Positions 13,960-27,456 of a DNA stretch of 64,000 bases are shown in pieces (within the stretch, counting starts at the first letter, position 1; every line of letters starts with the position of its first letter). The notes under the pieces were generated by a model, which saw only the letters and a program-made list of their open reading frames with translations, ran no database searches and was not told the origin of the DNA. The DNA lies in assembly GCA_951406725.2 (NCBI GenBank), contig OX597826.1, positions 7,750,001 to 7,814,000 on the forward strand. Reading direction: 5' to 3'. Origin of the DNA: Octopus vulgaris. Its lineage: Eukaryota. The position numbers and the translations under genes were made by a program.

Positions 13960-14310
13960 TCATTAGAGTACGGCGATGCTGGGGCATCACCGTGACGAAT
14001 TGTAGTCGAACAAATCGACGCCAGTGGTGTTTTTTTTTTACTCTGGTACTTCTAGTATAGGCTTCTGGTGCAGAAACTCTAAGCTATGAGGACGTAAGCA
14101 CATCAACACCGGTGGGGGACAAGCATACACACATACATAGACATACATGTAGTAGGGATTCTTTCAGTTTGCGTCTAGCAAATTCACCCACAAAGATTCG
14201 TTGGCCCAAGGCTAAAGTAGAAGACACTCGCCCAAAGTTCCACGCAGTGGGACTGAAGCCATAACCATCTGGCCAGGAAGCAAGCTTCAAACCACACATC
14301 AACACCTCTG
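13960..14310 (-). mobile_element. SINE family B (tRNA head, CORE-like ACCTTGGGCAAGT), degenerate
   Basis: Reverse complement matches the copies at 44578 and 58083. Confidence 0.75.
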
Positions 14311-14317
14311 CCTATGC

Positions 14318-14369
<52 letters not shown>

Positions 14370-14406
14370 AGTTCCATAATAGTGATTTTATCTCTAATTT
14401 ATATTT

Positions 14407-14491
<85 letters not shown>

Positions 14492-14562
14492 AAATATACA
14501 TATATATGTAAATATATATGTTAATATACATATATATGTAAATATATGTATATATATCTATA

Positions 14563-14638
<76 letters not shown>

Positions 14639-14671
14639 CTATGTGTGTGTGTATAAATACATGTGTATATA

Positions 14672-14894
14672 AGTGCACTCCTTCCAAGGCCATGTATGCC
14701 ATAACGTCTGCAAATCTAACAGAGGCCTGAAAAGACATTTTAAGATACTCAGAGATCAGAACTTAAATGCAGCTCTTGTGGGTGTCCTTTCAATACAATG
14801 TCTGGTTTAAAAAGCCACATCAGACGCCATGATGGACCTAAGGTGTAGGTACAGGAGGTGATCAAACTCTGCATCAGGAGTAGACAACAACCAT
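14672..14894 (+). mobile_element. LINE 3' end fragment encoding two C2H2-like zinc fingers
   Basis: [23 protein letters not shown], then a frameshift, then KCSSCGCPFNTMSGLKSHIRRHD*; RTE-type LINE C-termini carry such fingers (assignment inferred). Confidence 0.55.
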
Positions 14895-15495
14895 ATGTAC
14901 ACATATGCGGTTGGAATTGGTTGGTGAAACACTTCGAAAATTGAATGAAAGTTATATGTATATATTTGTTTAGTTATGCATAGTACATACCTTCATACAT
15001 ACACACGTCCATACACGCAAAAGAATATATGATATATATGTGTGTGTGTGTATGTGTGTCTGTGTCTGTGTGTGTGTATGTTTTTATATATGAATATACA
15101 TATATATGCACTTTAGCCATGTAACGGCATATGTGCTTGTTGGTGAGTCCTCTCTTTGCCGCCTTTTGTTTCTGACGAAGAGGTATGCACAAAACTACAG
15201 ATACCCTCTCCTTTTTTTCCACCATCACTGAGCTTCAGACTAATACATTTCATGTGCATGACTAGATAGATAGACAGACAGGTAGATTGACAGATAGGTA
15301 GATAGATAGATAGATAGATATATTGATAGATAGATAGATAGATAGATAGACAGACAGGTAGATAGACAGACAGACAGGTAGACAGACAGGTAGACAGGTA
15401 GACACAGATAGATAGATAAATAGATAGACAATAAGATAGATAGATAGATAGATAGATATATTGGTTGATTGATAGATAGATAGATAGATAGATAT

Positions 15496-15572
<77 letters not shown>

Positions 15573-15750
15573 TAGAGATAAGTTTCTTTATTGGCCACAC
15601 AAGGCTGCACACAGATGGGACAAGTTACAAGGTAGAGCTTTTCTTTTGGGGGCTGAAAAAAAAAAGATAGATAGATAGACAGACAGACTGGTAGATATAT
15701 ATATATATAGAGAGAGAGAGAGATAGCGAGAGAGAGAGAGAGAGAAAGAG

Positions 15751-15833
<83 letters not shown>

Positions 15834-16171
15834 CAGGTGTGTGTCTGTAGAAAGCTGATCTTGGTGAAACTTTAGGACTCTAAGAACTGAAATGTAAAGG
15901 CACCTGTAGTTTTAACTGTGTCAACATCTCATCAGAGGATACGGTAAAGTCATTGCTTGACATGCTATAAGCATCAGTCACATCTCTCGCAAAAGCCACG
16001 TTAACGTCTTTGCATGGAAATATACATTCTTAAATGTAAATAAAAAAAGTTATTAGGAAAGTTATCCATAAATGCGCTGACTCACCTCTTTATCTAATCG
16101 AAAGCAAACGTACATAGAAAAACATACACCTATACACACACACACACATAAATACATATGTATCAATATAT

Positions 16172-16585
16172 ATTTCTTTACTACTCACAGGGGGCTACAC
16201 ATAGAGGGGACAAACAAGGACAAACAAATGGATTAAGTCAACTACATCGACCCCAGTGCGAAACTGGTACTAAATTTATCGACCCCGAAAGGATGAAAGG
16301 CAAAGCCGACCTCGGCGGAATTTGAACTCAGAACGTAACGACAGACGAAATACCTATTTCTTTATTACTCACAAGGGGCTAAACACAGAGAGGACAAACA
16401 AGGACAGACATAGGTATTAAGTCGATTACATCGACCCCAGTGCGTAACTGGTACTTAATTTATCGAACCCGAAAGGATGAAAGGCAAAGTCGACCTCGGC
16501 GGAATTTGAACTCAGAACGTAGCGGCAGACGAAATACCGCTAAGCATTTCGCCCGGCGCGCTAACGATTCTGCCAGCTCGCTGCC
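16172..16585 (-). mobile_element. SINE family A dimer
   Basis: Two tandem body units plus head at the right end. Confidence 0.88.
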
Positions 16586-16771
16586 TTCATATGTATCAAT
16601 ATATACAAGAGTGTATACGTGTGTGTGTGTGTGTATGTGTGTGTGTGTGTGTGTGTGTGTATTTGTGAAAAGATGCTTGTTATTAGGAAATGTATGGACG
16701 TACGTGGATAAAAAAACTTGACAACTTTTTATTGCTTTGTCCCGTTTCATTTATGCAAGAATCTTAAAGAT

Positions 16772-16800
16772 TGTAGTAGTAGTAGTAGTAGTAGTAGTAA

Positions 16801-16845
<45 letters not shown>

Positions 16846-16950
16846 CGGCGGTGGTGGCAGCAGTTGTTGTTTTAGTGGTGGTGGTGGTGGTGGTGGTGGT
16901 GGTGAAGGTATTAGTGGTAGTAGTGGTAGTAGCAGCAGCAGCAGTAGAAA

Positions 16951-17011
<61 letters not shown>

Positions 17012-17027
17012 GGTGGTGGTGGTGGTG

Positions 17028-17058
<31 letters not shown>

Positions 17059-17125
17059 AAGTAGTAGTAGTAGTAGTAGTGGTGGTGGTGATGGTGCTGT
17101 TGGTGGTAGTAGTAGTAGCAGCAGC

Positions 17126-17172
<47 letters not shown>

Positions 17173-17176
17173 CAGT
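16772..17176. repeat. (GTA)n/(GTG)n/(GCA)n compound microsatellite
   Basis: Directly visible. Confidence 0.95.
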
Positions 17177-17474
17177 ATATGTTAATGTCATTCTAAGATG
17201 ACCATGTCCACAATCTAGAGGACATTATTATCATGATTTTTTTAATTATTATTATTTTATTATTTTCCTCAGCAGTACTCATTAATTCTCAACGATTCCA
17301 CTAACAGCCCTGCTCCGCACAGATTACAGCCTCTTAGACTTCCACATCTGCGCCTCAATTCAAACACATTTTAATCTCTGGAAAATATGCTTCAAATATT
17401 TCCTTTTCTCTTTTGCCACTAAGAATCCATGCAAGCCATCTATTTGAACGTAATTCTTGGACAAATATTGCTCT

Positions 17475-17531
<57 letters not shown>

Positions 17532-17889
17532 TTTGGCTTTTTGTTGCAGTCGTTCCTCATTTGTACTTCCGTAGTTCTGTGAATTAGGGAAACTTTCAAT
17601 CATTTCTTAAAATAACTTTTGAAATGGGCAAAGGATGTATTAAGAATATGTCTCCTACACGAATTGTATTAAAAAGTGGTTGTTTGTTTTTGCGATTCTT
17701 CAAAGCTAAAGATTTGATGTCAGTAAACAAATGTTCTTATATGCAGGCGCGCGCACACACACACACACATACATACACACCCATACATATACACACACAC
17801 GTACGCATACATATGCACACAAATATATGAGTAGATGTGTAAGATAATCTACCCACACATACATAAATAATATATATATATATATATAT

Positions 17890-17999
17890 GGCCTGCTCGC
17901 TCAGCCAGCGGGATGGCGTCATTTGAAGGCTAAAACAATGCGAACGCATTGTGAACAGCGATATGTGACTACATCTGATGGACTGGTCGGTCACGTGAT

Positions 18000-18006
<7 letters not shown>
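17890..18006 (+). mobile_element. Solo ~117-bp SINE-tail module embedded in (TA)n
   Basis: GGCCTGCTCGC...GGTCACGTGATCACGTGA; same module at 34115-34230 and as the tail of the SINE at 31754. Confidence 0.8.
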
Positions 18007-18039
<33 letters not shown>

Positions 18040-18115
18040 ATATATATATACACACACGTATATATATGTATATACATACATGCATATATATATATATGTG
18101 TGTGTGTGTATACAC

Positions 18116-18146
<31 letters not shown>

Positions 18147-18167
18147 CAGACGTATACATGTAGATAT

Positions 18168-18240
<73 letters not shown>

Positions 18241-19186
18241 TTTCTGTATGTATGCATATATTTATGTATATATAGATATAGATATGTATATACGTATGTA
18301 TGTACGTAGTTATGTGAGTATGTATATCGATTGAGACAATGATTAGAATCGAGAAATGCTTGTTTTGTGTTAACTGTTCCTCTCTCTTCATTGCATTCCG
18401 AGTTCAAATCCTGTTCAAGTCATCTGTATTACCGCTCTAGGTAACAAGATGCAGTTTTACATAAACGATATATTTAAACTTGTAGAGAGAGCAAACATAT
18501 TTTATAATAGCTATGGATTGGCCAGTATCTTTAGAGTCCCAGAAAAATGCCAGCCGTTATCTGATGCCAGCTTTTTAGATTCTGGACTCAAATCTCAGAG
18601 AGATCAAATTCGACTTCTAACCTCTCGGAATCAATAAACTATGTACCATTCAAGATCTGAGTTTAATTTGATCGACTGAGGTCAATTTGATCCCTTAATC
18701 CAACCACAAGTTGCTGGCCTTGTGCCTATATAAGAGACTATTATTATAAAAGATGAGAATAAATTTAAAGTCATGTGTGGCCGCATTCATATTGATTCAA
18801 TTAAGTTTTATCTATAATTCCAAGAGAGGGTCAAGTTTTCATTTAAGACCTCTGGAGACGAAGAAAACAAAGCTAATACATCTGGTTTGAATTTGATGGA
18901 TTTCATATTTCTCTATCCATCTCTGTCCTTGGGTCTGTTATAAATACTGTTATAAACACTTCCTTTGATGTATTGACTGAATAATTAGAGGGATGCACAC
19001 AATATGCCTTGTGGTATTTAGTTACGTCCTTTTACGGTTTGGATTCACCTTTACATTTGAGCCCTTTGGGGGATGCTATATTAAGCCCCAGTTAATTACC
19101 GGAGTTGATTTAATTGACACTTATCTGAATTGAATATATAACCAGTTCACATTGCTACCAATTAATATTCTTAGGTAGTTGCATTA

Positions 19187-20400
19187 GGTGACGTGCTGGC
19201 AGAATCATTAGAACGCCGGGCGAAATGCCTAGCGGTAATTCATCTGCCGCTACGTTCTGAGTTCAAATTCCGACAAGGTCAACTTTGCCTTTCATCCTTT
19301 CGTGGTCGATAAATATAGTACCAGTTACGCATTGTGGTCAATGTAATCGACTTAATACCTATGTCTGTCCTTGTTTGTCCCCTCTATGCTTAGCCCCTTG
19401 TGGGTAATAAAGAAATAGGTAATTCATCTGCCGCTACGTTCTTAGTTCAAATTCCGACGAGGTCAACGTTGCCTTTCATCCTTTCAGGGTCGATTAAATA
19501 AGTACCAGTTACACACTGGGGTCGACATAATCGGCCTAATCCGTTTGTCTGTCCTAGTTTGTCCCCTCTGTGTGTAGCCCCTTGTGGGCAATAAAGAAAT
19601 AGAAATAGGTATTCCGTCTGCTCCTACGTTCTGAGTTCAAATTCCGCCGAAGTAGACTTTGATTTTCATCCTTTCGGGGTCGATTAAATAAGTACCAGAT
19701 ACGCATTGGGTCGACATAATCGGCCTAATCCGCTTGCCTGTCCTTGTTTATCCTCTCTGTGTGTAGCCCCTTGCCTTGTGGACAGTAAAGAAATAAGAAA
19801 TATTAGCACGCCGCCTAAAAATATTTAGCAGCATTTCGTCCGTCTTTTCGTTTTGAGTTGAAATTCCACCGAGGTCGACTTTACCTTTCATCCCTTTCGG
19901 GTTCGATAAAATAAGTAGTATTTGAGCACCGGGGTCGATGTTGTTGGCTTATCCCCTACCACGAAATTGCTGGCCTTGTGCCAAAATTTAAAACCAATAT
20001 TATCAGATTTTTCTTTTAGGCGGCGAACTGGCTGAATTGTTATCACGCCAGGCAGAATGATTAATCGCATGACGTCCGTCCTTACGTTCTGAGTTCAAAT
20101 TCGATACTTTGGGGGGTCGATAAAATATGTACCAGTTGAGCACATAGGGATCGATGCATTGGACTTGCTCCGCCCCTAAAATTGCTGGGTTCGTGCCAAA
20201 ATCTGAAACCAGTATTTTTATAAGGCGGTGAAAATGTGGAATCGTTAGCACAGAAGAAAAAAAATGCTTAATAGTATTTCCTCTTCCTTCACTTTGAGTT
20301 CAGTTCTGCTGATTTCGACTGTACCGCTCAGTTTTTCGGCGCCTAATAAGTATCACTTGAGCACACTACGTTTCATGTAGTCGATTATCCCCTACGGAAA
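19187..20400 (+). mobile_element. SINE family A tandem cluster (at least 4 units plus degenerate copies)
   Basis: Repeated ~180-bp body units joined at AAAGAAATAGG|TA(T/A)TTC. Confidence 0.88.
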
Positions 20401-20411
20401 AGAAAAAGTTC

Positions 20412-20833
20412 GGATCTTTTCGGTTTGAACGGCAGTTTTTTAAAATAATTTCCACGTAATTAAACACTTTTAAACTTCGTATATTGGTAGAATGTGTTTA
20501 TAAAACATCTTTTTCTCTTGGCTTTATTGAGAAAATTCTATAGTTTGTAAGATATTTGTTGTTTTTTTTTCTTCCATTTCTACAATTTCAACCAGTCACT
20601 GACGTCTATTGAGGTAAAAAAAAACATTCTGTGGCGTATGAATATGTCCCTCGTTTAAGAAACAGATTGTGTTTATTTACATTTGTGAAGAAAAAAAGAT
20701 ACCCTTCCTCCCACCCCTCACCCTAACCCTCAAACAGATTGAAATGCAATAGATCGATACTAGGGTCATACTTATGGGTGACAATTTCATATGACACCGC
20801 TAGCAAAAACCGCCGTTCAAACCGAAAAGATCC
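20412..20833. mobile_element. Second copy of the GGATC-TIR MITE, inserted in a SINE tail
   Basis: TIRs ggatcttttcggtttgaacggcagttttt / aaaaaccgccgttcaaaccgaaaagatcc; degenerate TSD aaaagttc/aatatttc. Confidence 0.9.
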
Positions 20834-21804
20834 AATATTTCAAACCTTGTGGCAGCTGTAAAAAGAAGAGATATAACATATTTTACTGCGAACCTAGTAC
20901 AACAAAGATAGTAATACGGTTTCCAGCACCAGTTGAAGCCTGTTCATTTGATGTGCAACCGGAAAGCCTTTGAAAATTAGACGAATTGCAAATATTTCCA
21001 TTTTCTTTATATCAAAAACATAACGCTGTATTTCTTGCATATTTTAAGTAGCAATACAAAATTCAAAACGTTTTCTTTTCAATCAGAATACAAAAGAGAC
21101 CAGGAAACAGAAAATTCTTTATATGACGATGACATATATGTTGTTGAATTAAAACCATTGTATTAAGTGCATTAATTAATTAAATTAGATGCATATAGTT
21201 CCTAGAGCGATTTTTCTGCAATTCTCATTATGATATAAATTCTGAATTATACAGATGCCGCACTGTTTAGTTGATTAATTAACGATTTAAGTCTCGGTTA
21301 ATTTTAGCTTCCACATTCCAACTGCGATGGTCAATTTAAACATGATTCATTGGATATAGCAAAAAGGTCACTGAATATTTTCATTGTGTTAATGTATGTC
21401 ACCTTGAGTAATGGCAAATGGAATTTGAAACTTCGGAAGATTTAACGCCGCCATCAGAGCTATGATTAGAAACACCTCAGGAAGAATCTCGTTTAAAAAT
21501 ACGCTTCTGTATTTAATATTAGCACCGTGTGCGAAAGTAGAATCGAAGGATCTGCTTGCAATGCTGGTTTCGAATTTTGGCACAAGGTCAGCCAATTCGG
21601 GCAGGAGCTAACTCGACTACATCGATTTCAGTACTCAACTGGTACCTATTTATTCGACCGCGAAACAATTAAAAGCAAAGATGACCCCGGCGGGTTTTCT
21701 GCTCAGAAATTATAGACGAACGAAAGGCCATTAAGTATTTTGCCCGGCGTGAAAAAGTTAAGTGAACCTCGGTGAAATTTGAAATTAGAGGGTCGGAACA
21801 ATTA

Positions 21805-22400
21805 CCTATTTCTTTACTACCCTCAAGGGGCTAAACACAGAGAGGACAACAAGGACAGACAAACGGATTAAGTCGATTACATCGACCCCAGTGCGTAACT
21901 GGTACTTAATTTATCGACCCGGAAAGGATGAAGGGCAAAGTCGACGTCGGCGGAATTTGAACTGAGAAAGTAACGCCAGACGAAATATCCATTTCTTTAC
22001 TACCCGCAAGGGGCTAAACACAGAGAGAACAAACAAGGACAGACAAATGGATTAAGTCGATTATATCGACCCCAGTGCGTAACTGGTACTTAATTTATCG
22101 ACCCCGAAAGGATGAAAAGCAAAGTCTACCTCGGCGGAATTTGAACTCAGAACGTAACGCCAGACGAAATACCCATTTCTTTACTACCCACAAGGGGCTA
22201 AACACAGAGAGGACAACAAGGACAGACAAACGGATTAAGTCCATTAGATCGACCCCAGTTCGTAACTGGTACTTAATTTATCGACCCCGAAAGGATGAAG
22301 GGCAAAGTCGACCTCGGTAGAATTTGAACTCAGAATGTAACGGCAGACGAAATACGGCTACGCACTTCGCCCGGCGCGCTAACGTGTCTGCCAGCTCGTC
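21805..22400 (-). mobile_element. SINE family A trimer
   Basis: Three tandem body units, head at ~22400. Confidence 0.88.
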
Positions 22401-22488
22401 GGAAGAATTACCGTGAAGCAGTTTACTCGACTCGCTGACGGATCTGCAAATAACAGCCGCTGATCTGCTAGGAATATTAGCCATATCT

Positions 22489-22706
22489 AAGGCGGCAAGA
22501 TGGCAGAATGGTGAGTACGCTGGAAGAACAGCTTTGCGGCATTTCCTGTGTCTGCACGTTCTGGTTTCAAATTCTGTCGAGATCGACTTTGCTATTCATC
22601 GTTTAGGGGGTCGATAAATTAAGTACCAGCTGGACACTGGTGTCGGTGTAATAGACAAGCACCCTCCTCCAAAATTATTGGCCTTGTGCCAAAATTTGAA
22701 ACCAAT
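22489..22706 (+). mobile_element. SINE family A monomer
   Basis: Head, core and GGCCTTGTGCCAAAATTTGAAACC tail. Confidence 0.8.
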
Positions 22707-23243
22707 ACTAGCCACATTTGGCTTCCCTCAAATAACATAGTATTCTATTTAAACAGGAATGATACGTTATATAATGTGATCCTTCATATACTACATCGAA
22801 AAGCAAGACGGCTTGCTCCAGGTTGGAAAGATTTTGATGATGGGTCCGCTTAAGTAGCAATGCAACGAAAACAACATTTATAGTTCTTTCTGATTTCGGT
22901 ATTGGACCGTAAAAATGCGCGGTGGGGACGTTAGTCGGTTACATCGACCCTTTTACTTGACTAACACATTAATTTGTCTTTACTGTGCACGCGTGTCTGT
23001 GTGGTAATAAACATGTTTTCCAACTACGTGGTTCCAGGTTCAATCCCACTGCGCGCAACCAAATATCATCTCCTATAGTCTCAAGTGAATTAAGTAGACG
23101 GAAACAGAAAGATACCCGTCATATGTGTGTGTGTGTATATATATATTGCTGTTGTGTAATGGTTTAATAAAGTATTGAGTGGGTATTATCTGATGGTTGA
23201 TGATTGATTTAGGTATGTTTCTCCATTTTCTCATTTTGTATAT

Positions 23244-23300
<57 letters not shown>

Positions 23301-24014
23301 ATACATATATATATCTGTATATATACGTATGGATGTGTGTATATGTGTATTTTGATTTGTATATGCGTATTTGTGTCTCAATTTGTACCTCGCCACCACA
23401 TGAAAATCAGTGGTTGTGTGTTCACGACCCCATAACTTGGGGCTTCGGCAAAAACTCGATACAATAAGTACCAAGCATAAAAATACGTCCTGTGTGTGTA
23501 GTTGAATTTACAGAAAAACAAAAGACGAAGACAGGTGCGTGAACAACAACCTGGTGTATTAATTTGATGCCCGGGAAAATGAAAAAGTCTTTTACGTCTC
23601 GACTCTACACTCGTCAACAGAAAAGAATAAAGGAAAATAAAAAAGAGATTTTTTTAAATGCTTGTGGATTTAGCAGTGAAGCATGGTGACAATTGGTAAT
23701 CTAAATCTGTGATCATTGATTGATAACAGGTCGACTCGTCCATGAGGAGCAACAGAGCGTAGAAAATATCCTTATATATATAATATTCTCCCAAAGAGCC
23801 TAAGGGACCTACACAAAGTGCATGTAGGTGTTTTCAAATCAAAACTGGATCTCTGTCGACTGTCTCAGAGGAACCTACCGCGCAGCAGGAGGCAAATGAA
23901 GGCAGCCACATATCAGAGGACGCCCTCAATAATAACAGTGTAGAAAAACGTGCCCCAGCATGGCCACAGTTTGAGCTGAAACTGATAAAGAAAAATATAT
24001 ACATACATATAAGC

Positions 24015-24066
<52 letters not shown>

Positions 24067-24734
24067 ATCTACAGTGGCTTGAATCCTTTGATGATATGCT
24101 TAGTATTTTGAGGTTTGGATGAGCCGCACCGCCACGACGTCTTTCACTGGATACCAGTAGATTCCACGGGCCAGCAGGGAGAATGCACACCGTTTCAAGG
24201 CTCTCGTTTCCGCATCTTTACAGGGCATCGGCTCTCCACCACTCCCTGTCGTGAGTCCCTACCTGCAGGATTGACTGATTTATATTTAACCACTTTCCTC
24301 TTCGCAAGTAGTTGATTCAGTACTTCAAATACAAATCAATATTTGTCTTACCCAAGGCCTTTACATGGTGTGTCTATCGACCCACGAACGCTCAACACTT
24401 CAGCCTAAAACCTTATATATTTATCACTAGGCCATCTTCATTTCCTACTATCTTACTGTTATCAATACACAAGCACTTAGAGAGATGTTTGGTATTGAAG
24501 TAGATCTTAATTAGGTAACGTCTCACATGATAATTTATCACAAACTTCAGACATAATAGAATTAGTGGTTTTGAATGGTTTTGATTTAATAAATACTTCA
24601 ATACATTTTATAGTTTTAAATTGAATTGCTTACTTTATTATTCATTCAGTTCATATGTATGTGTGAGAGATTTATGTACAGAAAATGATATAAAGATAAA
24701 TCTATGACAGAATGTGTCTAGCATACACACAAAT

Positions 24735-24767
<33 letters not shown>

Positions 24768-24900
24768 CATATATATTTACATATAGATGCATATACATAC
24801 ACACACATTCATGCGCTTATATATTATATGTGTATATGATCTATCTATATATATATATATACCGGATAAACACATAAATGTGAAACAATACTCTACCACT

Positions 24901-24934
<34 letters not shown>

Positions 24935-25749
24935 CACGCTCAAACAACGAGTATATGAACGGATGAACGGATGCAATGAATATTGAGTAGATGTAAAAAT
25001 AATGATAAAAATAATTTTTAAAAGATGACAGGAATATCGACAAGTGGGTGCCCAGGGAATATCGAACCCATGATTTCATTGTTACTACTTTAGCATAATT
25101 ACCGCTCTTTCATAAACCCTTTTATCGTGAAATATATTCCAGCTACTTAAGTTTCAATGAATCTCTGTTTTTAAATTGGCTCTGTTTACGCCTGCCGAAG
25201 CCTCACTGACTAGCAATCAATCAGCTCCTGTTTACACAATCAGCAAATGACAATAGTCTATAAATTCACTTGTTTAGATTCGAGATCTCAACTGGAAACT
25301 GAAATATGCGTTCGTTAAAAAATAACTTGAGTCCTATTCAAATTTCGCAAGAGAAGAAAAGCTGGGGTCCTCTATAATTTGGCTCGAATTGCTAAATTTC
25401 TTTCACTGAATATTCAGTGTTGTTGGTACTTTCAAAGAAAGCTCTTTCTGACCAAGGACAGGACTCCTTTATCATATATCTACCTAATCAAGGCTCTCCT
25501 ATGGTGACCAACAACAAAACGATTACAAATTTTAGGGAGAGTCAGGCAAATATGTTAGCGTATGGAAGGATATTTTTTCGAAATGTTTGAATCAAAAGGA
25601 CGTTGTTCGATTCCCACAGAGTGCACCGTGTTTTTTTCTTTTTTTTTTGCCCGATATGGCAAAAATATTTGTTTACTAAGCATAAGCATGTTGTATCATT
25701 TGAGATCTTATTCTTATATATCATTGCAGAGAACCAAAACATAAATGTT

Positions 25750-25789
<40 letters not shown>

Positions 25790-25802
25790 ACATACATACA
25801 TC

Positions 25803-25853
<51 letters not shown>

Positions 25854-25857
<4 letters not shown>

Positions 25858-26531
25858 GTTGGCAAGTATATTCCCGCCGTTTCTTTTGAATTTTGGAATT
25901 TATTGTTTTTCGTGAATTCTATTTTTGAATCATTTTGGAATCTATTTTGGTTTTCTAGTTAATTTTAGTTAATTTTTGTTTATTTTCAGATCATTAAAAT
26001 GAAATGTCAAGTTAAGAAAAACGAGCATTGTCGTCACCTTCTCTTTGCTCTTAATTAAGGTTCTGAGGCCGCACAAGCTGCTCGTGACATTTGTGCTGTG
26101 TATGGACAGGGTGCCATAGCTGAAAGAACCAATCGTGATTGCTATACCAAGTTCAAAAATGGACATTTTGACATCAAACAAGCACCTCGTTCTGGCCGTC
26201 CTGTTGAGTTCGATGAAGAGCGATTAAACCAACATTTCCACGAAAATTCTTGTCAAACGACAAGGGAACTGGCAGAGAAAATGGAATGCTCCCACACTGC
26301 TATAGAAAAGCATCTTCACTCGAGGGGAGAGATTCATAAGTATGGAGCATGGATTCCGCATGCTTTAAGTGACACCAGCAAAAATCAACAAGCCACACCC
26401 TCCGCTGGTTTGCTTCCTCGTCACCACTCAACTCATGGACACAAGCAACGATTTCTTTACCGAATCGTTACTGTCGACGAAAAATGCTGCCTGTACATCA
26501 ACATGAAGAAGCGAAAGGAATGGCTCAGCCC
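25854..26531 (+). mobile_element. 3'-truncated mariner transposon
   Basis: TA + TIR ttgggttggcaagtatattcccgccgttt; transposase from ATG 25999 with PRSGRP, WIPHAL and IVTVDEK motifs; breaks into a SINE family A tail. Confidence 0.9.
25999..26531 (+). pseudogene. Mariner transposase N-terminal half (frameshifted, truncated)
   Basis: ORF 26098..26580 contains HTH, WVPHEL-like and first catalytic D motifs. Confidence 0.88.
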
Positions 26532-27456
26532 CTTGTTTGTCCCCTCTATATTTAGCCCCTTGTGGGCAATAAAGAAGTAAGATTCGTTGGTACGCAGAAC
26601 AAAATACTTAGCGGCATTTCGTCCCGTTTTCTCGTTCGGAATTGCTGGCCTTTGCCAAAATTCGAAAGAGAAATGAAGAACGTCGTATAACATAGAATTT
26701 CCGCAGATCTCACTAGTAATTATAATACACAAAGCTAGAGAATAAATTTGCCATTTGTACTCTAAATAATTAACCAGACTTCCATAGTTAAAATGAAATT
26801 TCTTTAAAATATCGGCCTTAATACATAGTGTCTTTAATCCATTCAACTATATATATATATTCAAGATGTAGTGAAATACGAGTAATTATACTCTGTGTTA
26901 TCTCTTACGATCAATATGCAAATAAGTGAAATAATAAATAACGTGAATTTGAAAACGAAACGAGCAATTCATCAAATTAATTGAATTATTTAATACATCT
27001 ATTTGTCTTACTTTACACTGTAGTTTTTAAATCATGTTAACACATCGTCAATACTCTCTGCTTTATATCGAATCATGCTAGCATGATCTTAGCTATATAT
27101 TTTATCTGTAAAATTTCTGCAGGACATTTGATATTGCGTTTGGATTTCTAATTTTCTCTTCGTTTTGATTTGGAACGTTTCATTCACATACTTCAATGCA
27201 ATTACTATCTTATATCTGCCCTCCGTTGTTTCCATAACTATTATTCATTTCAAGTCACCTGATGAGATGCCTTTCTCGAAATGATTTGTCCGTCTTCACA
27301 GATAGCATACTAAATACTTATTCCGTGCATTCATTTACAAGTCTAGATCTAAACAGAACTTCCACAGACCAATACGCTTTTTCTTTCTGACACTGTTTTG
27401 TAACAACTCGCTACTTACATCGATCGCTATATTCTCTCCTAGTTACTTCACTACAA

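Noticed and set aside
16718-17201. Poly-Ser/Gly, poly-Val and poly-Thr ORFs resembling mucin or structural proteins
   Set aside because: Pure (GTA)/(GTG) repeat with no splice or coding context
24070-24300. GC-richer island that could be an exon
   Set aside because: No convincing splice sites; the minus strand DREWWR suggests an old LINE 3' remnant but cannot be confirmed
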